Assembly (NCBI RefSeq): GCF_001945605.1
Contig: NZ_MPKA01000044.1
Location: forward strand, 60,001-92,000
DNA length: 32,000 bases
DNA from: Dubosiella newyorkensis
GTDB lineage: Bacteria > Bacillota_I > Bacilli_A > Erysipelotrichales > Erysipelotrichaceae
Reading direction: 5' to 3'
Position 1 is the stretch's first letter; every line of letters starts with the position of its first letter. The notes under the pieces were generated by a model. The model was not told the origin of the DNA. It did no database searches and worked only from the letters and a program-made list of their open reading frames with translations. This document shows positions 7,856-17,159 of the stretch, one piece after another. The translations under genes and the position numbers were made by a program.

Positions 7856-8836
7856 ATGTTAAGATATACGATCAAACGTTTATTGACTATGATTCCCGTC
7901 GTATTGGTCATTTCCATCATGATCTTTGGCGTTGTCAAAGCGATGCCAGGAGATGAGGTTACAACGTATCTAGGGCCTGGTTCACGGGCTTCAGAACAAA
8001 CTCGCATGGAAGTGCGCGAAAAACTCGGATTGGATAAGAGTTTGCCAGAACAATACGTTCGCTGGCTTGGGCGCGTGGCGACAGGTGATTTGGGAACATC
8101 CGTCGCATTGCGTAAACCAGTATCGGAAATCATAGGCTCTTATATTTGGAACACATTTTATTTGAATGTGCTTGCGCTGATCATCGCGTTGATCTTCGCG
8201 ATCCCAGTGGGAATCAAGCAGGCAGTCAAAAAAGGCTCCGCCTTTGATAATTTTTGGACCGTGTTCTCTTTGTTGGGAATCAGTGTCCCTACTTTCTTTT
8301 TCGCGTTAGTGTTGATCTTTTATGTGGCGCTCAACTTTGGATTGCCGCTTTCAGGCATGCGTGATACGATGCTTTCGAGCTTCGGATATCAAAGCGCGTG
8401 GCAGGAATTTTGCGATGTCGCCGTCCATTCGATCCTTCCAGTGACTGTGCTCGCGTTTGGCTCGTTCGCCACATTCTCGAGATACGTGCGTAACTCGATG
8501 GTCGAAGTGATCAATATGGATTATGTGCGCACAGCGAGAGCGAAAGGTTTGAAGGAGAAGACAGTGATCTATAAACACGCCTTCAAGAACGCGCAGATCC
8601 CGCTTGTGACGCTTTTAGGAATGTATATTCCTTCACTATTTAGCGGTGCTGTTATTTTGGAGACCGTATTCGTATGGCCAGGAATCGGTAAAGTACTGAT
8701 CGACGCGGTCAATCAGCGCGATACTTCGCTGATCATGGCTTGTCTTGTCTTTAGCGCGATCTTGATGATCTTAGGAAACTTATTGTCGGATCTATGTTAT
8801 TCGCTTGTCGATCCGCGTGTGAAAGTTGATGGTTAG
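7856..8836 (+). CDS. Peptide ABC transporter permease (OppB/DppB-like)
   Basis: The start is at ATG 7856 (MLRYTIKRLLTMIPV..., the canonical N-terminus of this family), with AGGAGG 6 nt upstream. The ORF-track start at 7808 has no RBS. Multiple TM segments are present, plus the EAA-like loop YVRTARAKGL. Confidence 0.9.
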   Translation: MLRYTIKRLLTMIPVVLVISIMIFGVVKAMPGDEVTTYLGPGSRASEQTRMEVREKLGLDKSLPEQYVRWLGRVATGDLGTSVALRKPVSEIIGSYIWNTFYLNVLALIIALIFAIPVGIKQAVKKGSAFDNFWTVFSLLGISVPTFFFALVLIFYVALNFGLPLSGMRDTMLSSFGYQSAWQEFCDVAVHSILPVTVLAFGSFATFSRYVRNSMVEVINMDYVRTARAKGLKEKTVIYKHAFKNAQIPLVTLLGMYIPSLFSGAVILETVFVWPGIGKVLIDAVNQRDTSLIMACLVFSAILMILGNLLSDLCYSLVDPRVKVDG

Positions 8837-8847
8837 GGGGGAATCGA

Positions 8848-9759
8848 ATGGCTAAAAAAGATGCAGTCGTTCTCGATACTGGAGAAAAAATTGAATCGAT
8901 CGGCCCTTGGGCCATCGCGTGGCGAAAATTTAAAGCGAATAGAGTCGCCATGGCTGGCTTGGTCATTTTCATATTGATCATTTTAAGCGTGATCATCGTT
9001 CCGATGGTCATGGGCATCAGCGTGAGCGATTATGATACTTCGATCGCGAACCAAGCGCCGAGCGCTGCTCATCTTCTAGGCACCGATAATCAAGGCCGCG
9101 ATTGCTTATATCGTTTGTTCTTAGGAGGACGGATCTCGATCATCGTAGGTTTGCTTGCCGCGTTGCTGACAGTCGTTCTCGGATGTCTTGTCGGCGGTAT
9201 TTCTGGTTATTATGGAGGAATGACGGATAATTTATTGATGCGTTTTTCTGAAATCGTGTATGCTCTTCCATTCACGCCAATGATTATCGCGGTAGCGGCG
9301 ACGATGGTTTGGGTGCCTCAAAGCCAAAAAATGTATACCGTGGCGCTTTTGATCGGTCTTTTGTCTTGGCCTGGTCTTGCCCGTCTTGTTCGTGGTCAGA
9401 TCTTGACGCTGCGCGAACAAGAATTCATGCAAGCGTGTACAGCGCTTGGTCTTTCTGATTTTTCAAAGATCTTCAAGCATTTGCTTCCAAACGTGATTTC
9501 GCTTGTGATCGTCAACGCGACTTTACAGATGGCCAGTGCGGTCCTTACCGAAGCAGGTCTTTCCTTCTTAGGAATGGGTGTCATGCCGCCTACACCTTCG
9601 TGGGGAAATTTGATGAACTTGGCGCGCGATGCTCGAATCTTCCAATACTACCCTTGGCAATGGATGCCAGCAGGTTTAATGTGCCTGTTGACAGTTGTTT
9701 CGATCAACTTAGTCGGTGAAGGGCTTCGTGACGCCTTCGACCCGAAAGAGCTGCAGTAG
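8848..9759 (+). CDS. Peptide ABC transporter permease (OppC/DppC-like)
   Basis: 303-aa polytopic ORF with a GGGGGG RBS. It has the typical LGTDxxGRD periplasmic motif and a BPD-transport domain. Confidence 0.9.
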   Translation: MAKKDAVVLDTGEKIESIGPWAIAWRKFKANRVAMAGLVIFILIILSVIIVPMVMGISVSDYDTSIANQAPSAAHLLGTDNQGRDCLYRLFLGGRISIIVGLLAALLTVVLGCLVGGISGYYGGMTDNLLMRFSEIVYALPFTPMIIAVAATMVWVPQSQKMYTVALLIGLLSWPGLARLVRGQILTLREQEFMQACTALGLSDFSKIFKHLLPNVISLVIVNATLQMASAVLTEAGLSFLGMGVMPPTPSWGNLMNLARDARIFQYYPWQWMPAGLMCLLTVVSINLVGEGLRDAFDPKELQ

Positions 9760-9774
9760 AAAGCGGGGTATTCG

Positions 9775-10815
9775 ATGTCTATTAATAAGAAAATATTGCG
9801 CGTAGAAGATCTTCGCGTTTATTTCCATACGAAAAAGGGCGATTCAAAAGCCGTAGATGGCAATCATTTTACGATGTATGAGAATGAGACATTGGCGATC
9901 GTCGGAGAATCGGGCTGCGGTAAATCTGTGACTGCAATGTCGATCTTAGGCCTTGTCTCGGAACCTGGCGAAATCATGCCTGGATCCAAGATCATTTATA
10001 TGGGTAATGTCGATAAGCCAGAAGATGGTTTGAATCTAGCGACAGCCACCGACGAGCAACTTCGGGATGTGCGTGGAAACGAGATCTCGATGATCTTCCA
10101 AGAACCGATGACTTCTTTGAATCCCGTATTTACTGTAGGGGATCAAATCATTGAAAATATTACGATCCATGAAAGTGTCAGCAAAGAAGAAGCGCGTAAA
10201 AGAGCGATCGATCTTTTGGGCCAAGTCGGTATCTCTAGACCAGAGAGCATCATCGACAACTATCCATTCCAGCTTTCGGGAGGAATGTGTCAGCGGGTCA
10301 TGATCGCGATGGCGCTCTCTTGTAATCCAAAGCTGCTGATTGCGGATGAACCGACAACAGCGCTCGATGTGACGATCCAAGCGCAGATCTTGACGTTGAT
10401 GAATCAATTGAAAGAAAAATTCGGCACCAGTATCATGTTGATCACGCACGATCTAGGCGTCGTAGCGCAAGTCGCTGATCATGTCAATGTCATGTACGCT
10501 GGAAAAGTGGTCGAGACTGCGCCAGTTGGTGAATTGTTTAAAAATCCAAAGCATCCATATACGGTCGGCTTGATGCACTCGATGCCTTCCCTAGCTACGG
10601 AAGGAGAGCGTCTAGCTGTCATCAAAGGAACGGTTCCAAATCCTTTGTATTTACCAAAAGGTTGTCACTTCGCGGATCGATGTCCACATGTGATGCCGAT
10701 TTGCCGTGAAAAACAACCAAAAGCGACAAAGATCGCTTCACGTCATCGTGTATGGTGTTTTTTATATGAACAAGAAGAAGTTGTTCAAGAAGAAATTGTA
10801 GAAGTGGAGGCATAA
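9775..10815 (+). CDS. Peptide ABC transporter ATP-binding protein (OppD/DppD-like)
   Basis: Walker A GESGCGKS, signature LSGGMCQR, Walker [13 protein letters not shown]. The C-terminal oligopeptide-transporter domain contains Cys residues ([14 protein letters not shown]). Confidence 0.93.
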   Translation: MSINKKILRVEDLRVYFHTKKGDSKAVDGNHFTMYENETLAIVGESGCGKSVTAMSILGLVSEPGEIMPGSKIIYMGNVDKPEDGLNLATATDEQLRDVRGNEISMIFQEPMTSLNPVFTVGDQIIENITIHESVSKEEARKRAIDLLGQVGISRPESIIDNYPFQLSGGMCQRVMIAMALSCNPKLLIADEPTTALDVTIQAQILTLMNQLKEKFGTSIMLITHDLGVVAQVADHVNVMYAGKVVETAPVGELFKNPKHPYTVGLMHSMPSLATEGERLAVIKGTVPNPLYLPKGCHFADRCPHVMPICREKQPKATKIASRHRVWCFLYEQEEVVQEEIVEVEA

Positions 10816-10817
10816 AA

Positions 10818-11810
10818 ATGGCAGAAGAACGTAAAAAGATCCTTGAAGTCCGCGATGTCAAAAAATACTTTCCACTCACAAAAGGGAAATTGAAAGAAGG
10901 AGTTCCGTACGTCAAAGCAGTCGATGGGGTTTCCTTTGACTTGTACGAAGGAGAGACTCTTGGTCTTGTTGGTGAGTCGGGATGCGGTAAATCGACATTA
11001 GGCCGCACCATCATCCGGCTGTATGAACCAACAGCGGGCGAAGTCTTGTTCAATGGTGAAGATATTTCTAAAAAATCAAGAAAAGAGATGCGGAAGCTGC
11101 GCGAGCAAATGCAGTTCATTTTCCAAGATCCTTATTCTTCGCTCAATCCACGGATGAACGTGTTCAATATTTTGGCGGAGCCTTTATTGGCGCACGGGAT
11201 TTTCAAACGTGGTCCAGAACTCGAAGAGTATGTAAAAAAACTGATGGATAAATGTGGACTTCCTAGTTATTATTGCTATCGATATCCACACCAATTCTCT
11301 GGTGGACAAAGACAAAGAATCGGGATCGCGCGCTCGTTGGCGCTCAATCCTAGCTTTATTATTTGCGATGAACCTGTCAGCGCTCTGGATGTATCGATCC
11401 AGTCGCAGATCATCAACTTGATGAAAGATATGCAGGAAGAAAATAATATTTCTTATATCTTTATTTCGCATGATTTATCGGTCGTTAAATATATTTCTGA
11501 TCGTATTGGTGTAATGTACTTAGGTACGATCGTTGAATTGGCAGATAAAAACCAAATCTATGACAATCCACAGCATCCATATACGCAGGCATTGATTTCG
11601 GCGATCCCGATCCCTGATCCAGAAAAGCGGAACGAAATGAAGCTGATCGAGGGCGAGATCCCAAGCAACGTCAATACGCCTTCAGGATGCAAGTTCCATC
11701 CACGTTGTCCTTTTGCGAAGGATATTTGTAAAGAAAAAGAGCCTCCATATAAAGAGGTCGCTCCTAAGCATTGGGCTCGTTGCTGGTTTGCTGGAGAGTT
11801 TAAATGGTAA
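10818..11810 (+). CDS. Peptide ABC transporter ATP-binding protein (OppF/DppF-like)
   Basis: Walker [10 protein letters not shown], signature FSGGQRQR, Walker B FIICDEPVSALD, and the C-terminal motif CKFHPRCPFAKDIC. A GGAGG RBS precedes the start. Confidence 0.93.
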   Translation: MAEERKKILEVRDVKKYFPLTKGKLKEGVPYVKAVDGVSFDLYEGETLGLVGESGCGKSTLGRTIIRLYEPTAGEVLFNGEDISKKSRKEMRKLREQMQFIFQDPYSSLNPRMNVFNILAEPLLAHGIFKRGPELEEYVKKLMDKCGLPSYYCYRYPHQFSGGQRQRIGIARSLALNPSFIICDEPVSALDVSIQSQIINLMKDMQEENNISYIFISHDLSVVKYISDRIGVMYLGTIVELADKNQIYDNPQHPYTQALISAIPIPDPEKRNEMKLIEGEIPSNVNTPSGCKFHPRCPFAKDICKEKEPPYKEVAPKHWARCWFAGEFKW

Positions 11811-12001
11811 ATAAGCGTCCAACGATGCAGGAGATGCTCAGTAAGAAAGAAAAGCAGGCGAATAAAGTCGATCTTTTAGAAAAGGATGATTTTAAAGCGC
11901 TCAATAAAGCGGCATTTTCTGTATTTGGACCTGTTTTGATTGGTGCCATTGTTGTTTTAGCTCTTGTGATCCTGATCTTCACCCGAATGTTCAGCTCATA
12001 A
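11804..12001 (+). CDS. 65-aa tail-anchored small membrane protein, translationally coupled to the last ABC ATPase gene
   Basis: The ATG at 11804 overlaps the preceding stop codon (ATGGTAA) and has GGAGAG 5 nt upstream. The protein has a hydrophilic charged N-terminal 40 aa and one C-terminal TM helix (FSVFGPVLIGAIVVLALVILIF). No family was recognised. Confidence 0.5.
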   Translation: MVNKRPTMQEMLSKKEKQANKVDLLEKDDFKALNKAAFSVFGPVLIGAIVVLALVILIFTRMFSS

Positions 12002-12011
12002 GAGCTTTTTT
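11993..12011 (+). terminator. Weak hairpin plus T-run after the small ORF
   Basis: agctc-ataa-gagct followed by ttttt. The stem is only 5 bp, so this is a weak or leaky terminator at best. Confidence 0.3.
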
Positions 12012-12037
12012 ATAAAAAGAGTATAGGAGAAACCACG

Positions 12038-13732
12038 ATGAAATTTAAAGAATATCCGTATGAACATTTGGATGAAAAATTTGTTGAATCCGAGTATCAA
12101 AATGTTGAAAAAGCGCTGAAAGAAGCCAAAAGCTATGACGCGTTCTATAAGGCGTTCCAAGATCTTGACGCATTGAATCGAAAGGTCGAGACGATGTCGA
12201 ATCTTTCGAGTGTTCGTCATACGATCCAGACAAATGACGCCTATTATACGCAAGAAAACGATTATTTTAACGAACTGATTCCTCATGTTCAAAATTATCG
12301 CGATTCCATCACGAAAACGATTTGGAATTCCCCTTATTTTGAAGAGCTCAAAAAGCATGTTCCTCCTGTTTATTTTTTAAAGAAGGAATTTGGAATGAAA
12401 GCTTTTGATCCTTCGATCATCGAAGAACTGCAGCAAGAAAACAAGCTGGCGAGCGAATACCAAGCGTTGGTCGCAAGTGCCGATATCGAATTTGATGGCA
12501 AGCATTATTCATTAGAAGGTCTACAAGTTAAAATGCAAGACGAAGACCGAGAAACTCGAAAAAGAGCGACAAAGGCTTATTGGCAATGGTTCGAAGAACA
12601 TGAACAAGAGCTCGGGGCAATCTATGATAAAATGGTCAAGCTTCGTACCCAAATGGCTAAAAAATTAGGGTTCGACAACTACATTCCTCTTGGCTATTTA
12701 AGAATGGAACGCTTGGATTATGATCAAAACGATGTAGCGAATTACCGTAAACAAGTGCTTGAGGATGTTGTTCCATTTGATAACATGCTTTACGAAAAAC
12801 AAAGACAACGTCTAGGTTATGATCAACTACAGGCATGGGATGAAAAAATCGAGTTCTTAGATGGAAATCCTACCCCAAAATACGATCGTGAAGAGATGGT
12901 GAAACGGGCTTTGAAAATGTATCGGGAATTGGATCCAGAAACAGGAAAATTCTTTGAATTCATGGTCGAACACGATCTGCTAGATCTAGATTCCTATCCT
13001 GGTAAAGCAGCTGGCGGATATTGCACATTCATGCCAGATTTCGAGTCTCCATTCATTTTCGCGAACTTCAATGGAACCTCACATGACGCGGAAGTATTGA
13101 CGCATGAAGCGGGTCACGCCTTTCAATCATATAGTTCGAAAGAGAATTTTCCATTTGAATGCGTTTGGACGACCATGGAATCGGCGGAGATCCATTCGAT
13201 GTCGATGGAGTTTTTCACATATCCTTGGATGAAATCGTTCTTTGAAGACGATGTCAATAAATATTATTATTCGCATCTTGGGGGAACATTGAAATTCTTG
13301 CCATATGGCGTTTTGGTTGACCATTTTCAGTACGAAGTGTATGCGCACCCAGAAATGAGTCATGAAGAGAGAATGGCTACATGGAGACGGTTGGAAAAAC
13401 AATATTTGCCACATAAAAATTATGAAGAGATCCCATTTTTAGAGCGTGGTGGCTGGTGGATGCGTCAGCTTCACATCTTTATGGATCCATTCTATTATAT
13501 CGATTACACGCTTGCCCAAGTGTGCGCTCTGCAATTCTGGACTAGGATGCAAAAAGAAGATCCTAAAGCGTTTGAAGATTATAAAAAGATCTGTAAGCTC
13601 GGGGGCAAGCTTCCATTCCGTCAAATCGTAGAGACGGCCAATTTAAAAGTCCCATTTGAAGAAGGCTGTCTAAAAGATACCGTAAAAGAAGTGGAAAAAT
13701 GGTACGAAAATTTTGATGAATCTACGCTTTGA
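12038..13732 (+). CDS. pepF: M3-family oligoendopeptidase (PepF-like)
   Basis: 564-aa ORF with an AGGAGA RBS and the zinc motif HEAGHAF with a downstream E (MESAEIHS). Its length and overall pattern are typical of M3B oligoendopeptidase F-type enzymes. Confidence 0.85.
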   Translation: MKFKEYPYEHLDEKFVESEYQNVEKALKEAKSYDAFYKAFQDLDALNRKVETMSNLSSVRHTIQTNDAYYTQENDYFNELIPHVQNYRDSITKTIWNSPYFEELKKHVPPVYFLKKEFGMKAFDPSIIEELQQENKLASEYQALVASADIEFDGKHYSLEGLQVKMQDEDRETRKRATKAYWQWFEEHEQELGAIYDKMVKLRTQMAKKLGFDNYIPLGYLRMERLDYDQNDVANYRKQVLEDVVPFDNMLYEKQRQRLGYDQLQAWDEKIEFLDGNPTPKYDREEMVKRALKMYRELDPETGKFFEFMVEHDLLDLDSYPGKAAGGYCTFMPDFESPFIFANFNGTSHDAEVLTHEAGHAFQSYSSKENFPFECVWTTMESAEIHSMSMEFFTYPWMKSFFEDDVNKYYYSHLGGTLKFLPYGVLVDHFQYEVYAHPEMSHEERMATWRRLEKQYLPHKNYEEIPFLERGGWWMRQLHIFMDPFYYIDYTLAQVCALQFWTRMQKEDPKAFEDYKKICKLGGKLPFRQIVETANLKVPFEEGCLKDTVKEVEKWYENFDESTL

Positions 13733-13754
13733 TTGTTGTGTTTTCAAAAAAGAG

Positions 13755-13763
13755 TGTTATAAT
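13755..13763 (+). promoter_or_regulatory. Extended -10 promoter (TGtTATAAT) of rpmE
   Basis: tgttataat lies at 13755-13763, with a weak -35 around 13733-13740 (ttgttgtg). It is followed by a leader of about 50 nt. Confidence 0.55.
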
Positions 13764-13820
13764 GTTTGAGCAACTTACTTTAAACTCGCCTAGAGTTTAA
13801 GGCGGAAGGAGGACACGAGT

Positions 13821-14042
13821 ATGAAACAAGGAATTCATCCAAATTACCATACTGTTAAAGTGATCTGCTCTTCTTGCGGCAATGAATTCGAAACTGGAAG
13901 CACGATCAAAGGGGATACGATGCGAGTAGATACTTGCTCAAATTGCCATCCATTCTTCACAGGTCGTCAACGTTTCGCGGCTGCACAAGGACGCATCGAG
14001 AAGTTTAACAAGAAATATGGTCTAAAAGACGAAAATAAGTAA
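13821..14042 (+). CDS. rpmE: 50S ribosomal protein L31 (zinc-binding type A)
   Basis: The 73-aa protein begins [14 protein letters not shown]. Both CxxC pairs are present (CSSC and CSNC), and it carries the motif HPFFTG. Confidence 0.96.
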   Translation: MKQGIHPNYHTVKVICSSCGNEFETGSTIKGDTMRVDTCSNCHPFFTGRQRFAAAQGRIEKFNKKYGLKDENK

Positions 14043-14047
14043 TGATA

Positions 14048-14076
14048 AAGACAGCGCCTTTGCGCTGTCTTTTTTT
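14048..14076 (+). terminator. Rho-independent terminator of rpmE
   Basis: A 10-bp stem, aagacagcgc pairing with gcgctgtctt, with loop cttt, followed by a T-run. Confidence 0.85.
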
Positions 14077-14087
14077 CGGAGGAAACA

Positions 14088-15260
14088 ATGATTGAAACGG
14101 CTCAACGTATGCGCTCTTTCCATACATCTGTATTTATGGATCTGCATGCACTTAAACAAGAATATGAACAAAAAAGCGGAAAATCTGCGCTCGATTTTTC
14201 ATTAGGCTCTCCCAATATCGCGCCCGAATCATCGATCATGGATGTCTTGTCCAAAGCGGTGCTCGTACCCAAAAATTATCGGTACGCGATCAATCCGCTT
14301 CCAAGCATGATCAAAGCGATCCAAGATTGGTATCAAAAACGCTACGACGTCTTTCTTGAAAGCGATGAGATCGCTTTGCTTCAAGGCTCGCAAGAAGCGT
14401 TGATCAACATTCCCTTGATCTTTTGCGATCCACTAGATGGTGTGCTCGTTCCGGATCCTTACTATCCTGCCTATATTGACGCGCCCAAACTCGCCGGAGC
14501 GACGATCTTATATATGCCTTTGCGAAAAGAAAATGAGTATTTGATCGACTTTGATCAAATTAGTGAAAATGATCGCAAAAACGCGAAAATCATGATCGTT
14601 TGTTATCCTAACAATCCAACAGGCGCGATCGCTCCCGATTCTTTTTACACGCGTCTGATCCAATTCGCGAAAGAAAACGATATTTTAGTTTTATACGATA
14701 ATGCCTATAGCGAACTCGTCTTTGAAGGAAAACCAGGAAAAAGCTTTTTATCGTTTCCGGGCGCTAAAGAAGTCGGCGTTGAATTGAATTCTTTTTCAAA
14801 GACTTATGGAATGGCGGGCGCGCGTTTAGGCGTACTTGTCGGAAATAAAGATGTGATCCATCAATATAAGATCTTAAAATCCAATATGGATTATGGCGTG
14901 TTCTTACCAATTCAATACGCGGGCATCCAAGCGCTAAAGCATGGAGGAGCAAGCATCGTCAAAACGAGAGAAGAATATGAACGAAGGCGGGATCTACTCA
15001 TCCAGCGTTTCGCAAACAGTGGCTGGACGATCCCAAAATCGGCGGCGACGATGTTTTTATGGGCTCCTATCCCGGCTTGTTACGAGAATTCTTTAGAGTT
15101 TTCAAAACAACTATTAAAACAATGCGGGATCATCGTCACACCAGGCTTATCCTTTGGAAAAGAAGGAGAACGGTACGTCCGGATCGCTCTAGTTGTCAAT
15201 GAAGAACAAATCGAAGAAGCCGCAAAACGGATCCAAGAAGCAAGAAGCTCTTTATTTTAA
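14088..15260 (+). CDS. Class I/II PLP-dependent aminotransferase
   Basis: 390-aa ORF with a GGAGGA RBS. It has the PLP-lysine motif SFSKTYGMAGARLG and the CYPNNPTG motif typical of the aspartate/LL-DAP aminotransferase fold. Substrate specificity cannot be called from the sequence alone. Confidence 0.85.
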   Translation: MIETAQRMRSFHTSVFMDLHALKQEYEQKSGKSALDFSLGSPNIAPESSIMDVLSKAVLVPKNYRYAINPLPSMIKAIQDWYQKRYDVFLESDEIALLQGSQEALINIPLIFCDPLDGVLVPDPYYPAYIDAPKLAGATILYMPLRKENEYLIDFDQISENDRKNAKIMIVCYPNNPTGAIAPDSFYTRLIQFAKENDILVLYDNAYSELVFEGKPGKSFLSFPGAKEVGVELNSFSKTYGMAGARLGVLVGNKDVIHQYKILKSNMDYGVFLPIQYAGIQALKHGGASIVKTREEYERRRDLLIQRFANSGWTIPKSAATMFLWAPIPACYENSLEFSKQLLKQCGIIVTPGLSFGKEGERYVRIALVVNEEQIEEAAKRIQEARSSLF

Positions 15261-15985
15261 GAAGCTTCTTTTTCTTTGTGGATCTCTTCCACGTACGCTT
15301 GGGCGATCTTTTGCGCAAGCGCGCTTTGGATCCTCTCGTTGTCGAGTTTCATCAGTTCTACATCATTGGAAATAAAACCAACTTCCAACAATAAACTAGG
15401 AATTGATTGTTCATGGACGACCATCAAAGGAGTCTGGGTAAATAACCCCCGGTCTTGTGAATAAGATAGATCTTCAAAAGAAGAAGCGATCTTTTCATAG
15501 ACTGAGCTAGAAAAGGAATCTTCCGCTTTGATAAATCCTTCATAACCATACGCATCGGTATTCGTGCTCGAATTCAAATGGATCGAAAGGAAATAATCGG
15601 CTTGGGCTTCATTCGCGATTTGAATGCGGGCTTTCAAATCTTCGAGTTCATCCATAGGCCATGAGACTGTATCGTCTAGGCGGGTAAATTCTACTTGGAT
15701 CGTTGGATCGAGTTTTTTGATCGCTTGTCCAATTTTATAGGCGATCTCCATCGTAATCATTTTTTCTTCTTGACCATGATTTTGATTGATGGCTCCAGTA
15801 TCGTATCCGCCATGTCCAGCATCGATCACAACGATGGCGCTGACTTCATGGTTTTTAAAACATATAAAATAAACGCCAACGGCGAGCGAAATCAAAAAGA
15901 TCCAAATCAAAAAAATACGTCTCCAGATTGTCATGCATCTATCATAAACAAAAAAACTAAAAAAAAGATTAAAAAATGGATCCAT
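15257..15985 (-). CDS. N-acetylmuramoyl-L-alanine amidase (Amidase_3 family, membrane-anchored, CwlD-like)
   Basis: Motifs VIDAGHGGYDTGA, SIHLNS and LLEVGFISN are present, with an N-terminal TM segment. The true start may be the internal ATG at 15934 (MTIWRRIFLIWIF...). Neither candidate start has a convincing RBS. Confidence 0.85.
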   Translation of the reverse strand: MDPFFNLFFSFFVYDRCMTIWRRIFLIWIFLISLAVGVYFICFKNHEVSAIVVIDAGHGGYDTGAINQNHGQEEKMITMEIAYKIGQAIKKLDPTIQVEFTRLDDTVSWPMDELEDLKARIQIANEAQADYFLSIHLNSSTNTDAYGYEGFIKAEDSFSSSVYEKIASSFEDLSYSQDRGLFTQTPLMVVHEQSIPSLLLEVGFISNDVELMKLDNERIQSALAQKIAQAYVEEIHKEKEAS

Positions 15986-16013
15986 TTTATTAATTTTTGT
16001 CGTATAGAAAAGT

Positions 16014-17159
16014 ATGAAGTGTTTACGATGCCATAACGAAGATCGGCGAATGTTCGCCTATGATCATGGAGTTTACTATTGTCGAAAATGTGTCGCGTTT
16101 GGACGTCTCAACGTAGGCGAACAAGATCAAAGACCCACGATCGTTTCTAAAAAGATTTCTGTGGAGCCTCTTCTTCGATTTCGACTTACTCCAGAACAAA
16201 AACGAGTTTCTAGACAAGTCCTTGATCATCTTTTAAATCATAAAGATGTATTCGTATACGCGGCTACAGGGGCTGGAAAGACCGAGATTACATTCGAGAG
16301 CATTTGTTCCTACTTGGCGCAAGGAAAGAAAGTTGGTTTTGCGATCTCGAGACGGCAAGTCGTCTTAGAGTTGTGGGAAAGACTTTCAAGCGCGTTTCCA
16401 ACTTTGCGTGTTGTCGCAGTGACTCAAGGCTATACGGACGAATTGGATGGAGATTTAATTGTTTGCACGATTCATCAATTGTATCGTTATCCCTTTACGT
16501 TCGATCTTTTGATCTTGGATGAGCTTGATGCTTTCCCATACGCGCAAGATCCTTTGCTTCATCAACTTGTAAAGAACGCGTGCAAAGGAGAAAGGCTTTG
16601 CCTTTCGGCAACGATCGATGAGCAGCTTCAAAAGGAGATCGACGCCAAAAAGCTTGAAGTCGTCGAATTATTCAAACGTCCGCATGGCAAGCCTTTGATC
16701 GAACCTAAGATCATTCAAGCGCCTGTATGGTTCCAGTTTGTTTTGCTTCGTTTATATCTTGAATGTTTTATTCGTGATCGTAAACAAACTTTGGTGTTTG
16801 TTCCTACGCGCAAAAAGGCAATTTGGATCAAAAGAATGCTTTGGGGGATTTCTGTGGAATCGATTCATGCGCAAGATCCTCAAAAAGATGAAAAAATGAA
16901 GCTTTTTAAAGAAAAAAAGTGGGACGTGCTTGTCAGTACGACTTTATTGGAGCGAGGAATCACGATCGATTCCGTGCAAGTGATCGTTTTTCAAGCGGAT
17001 GATCCTGTCTTTACGCAAGCTTCCCTCATTCAGATTTTTGGAAGAGTCGGAAGAAAATTCAGCGATCCATATGGAAAGGGGATCTGTTTATGTCAATTCA
17101 GAAAAAAATCGATTCTTTCTTGCGTGTCAACGATTCAAAAGATGAACCGCTCTGTTTGA
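16014..17159 (+). CDS. comFA: ComFA-type DEAD/DEAH-box helicase (DNA-uptake competence ATPase)
   Basis: N-terminal Cys4 finger (CLRCH...CRKC), Walker A ATGAGKTE, DExD box LILDELD, and helicase C-terminal motifs (TTLLERGITI, QIFGRVGR). The comFC gene follows immediately. Confidence 0.85.
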   Translation: MKCLRCHNEDRRMFAYDHGVYYCRKCVAFGRLNVGEQDQRPTIVSKKISVEPLLRFRLTPEQKRVSRQVLDHLLNHKDVFVYAATGAGKTEITFESICSYLAQGKKVGFAISRRQVVLELWERLSSAFPTLRVVAVTQGYTDELDGDLIVCTIHQLYRYPFTFDLLILDELDAFPYAQDPLLHQLVKNACKGERLCLSATIDEQLQKEIDAKKLEVVELFKRPHGKPLIEPKIIQAPVWFQFVLLRLYLECFIRDRKQTLVFVPTRKKAIWIKRMLWGISVESIHAQDPQKDEKMKLFKEKKWDVLVSTTLLERGITIDSVQVIVFQADDPVFTQASLIQIFGRVGRKFSDPYGKGICLCQFRKKSILSCVSTIQKMNRSV

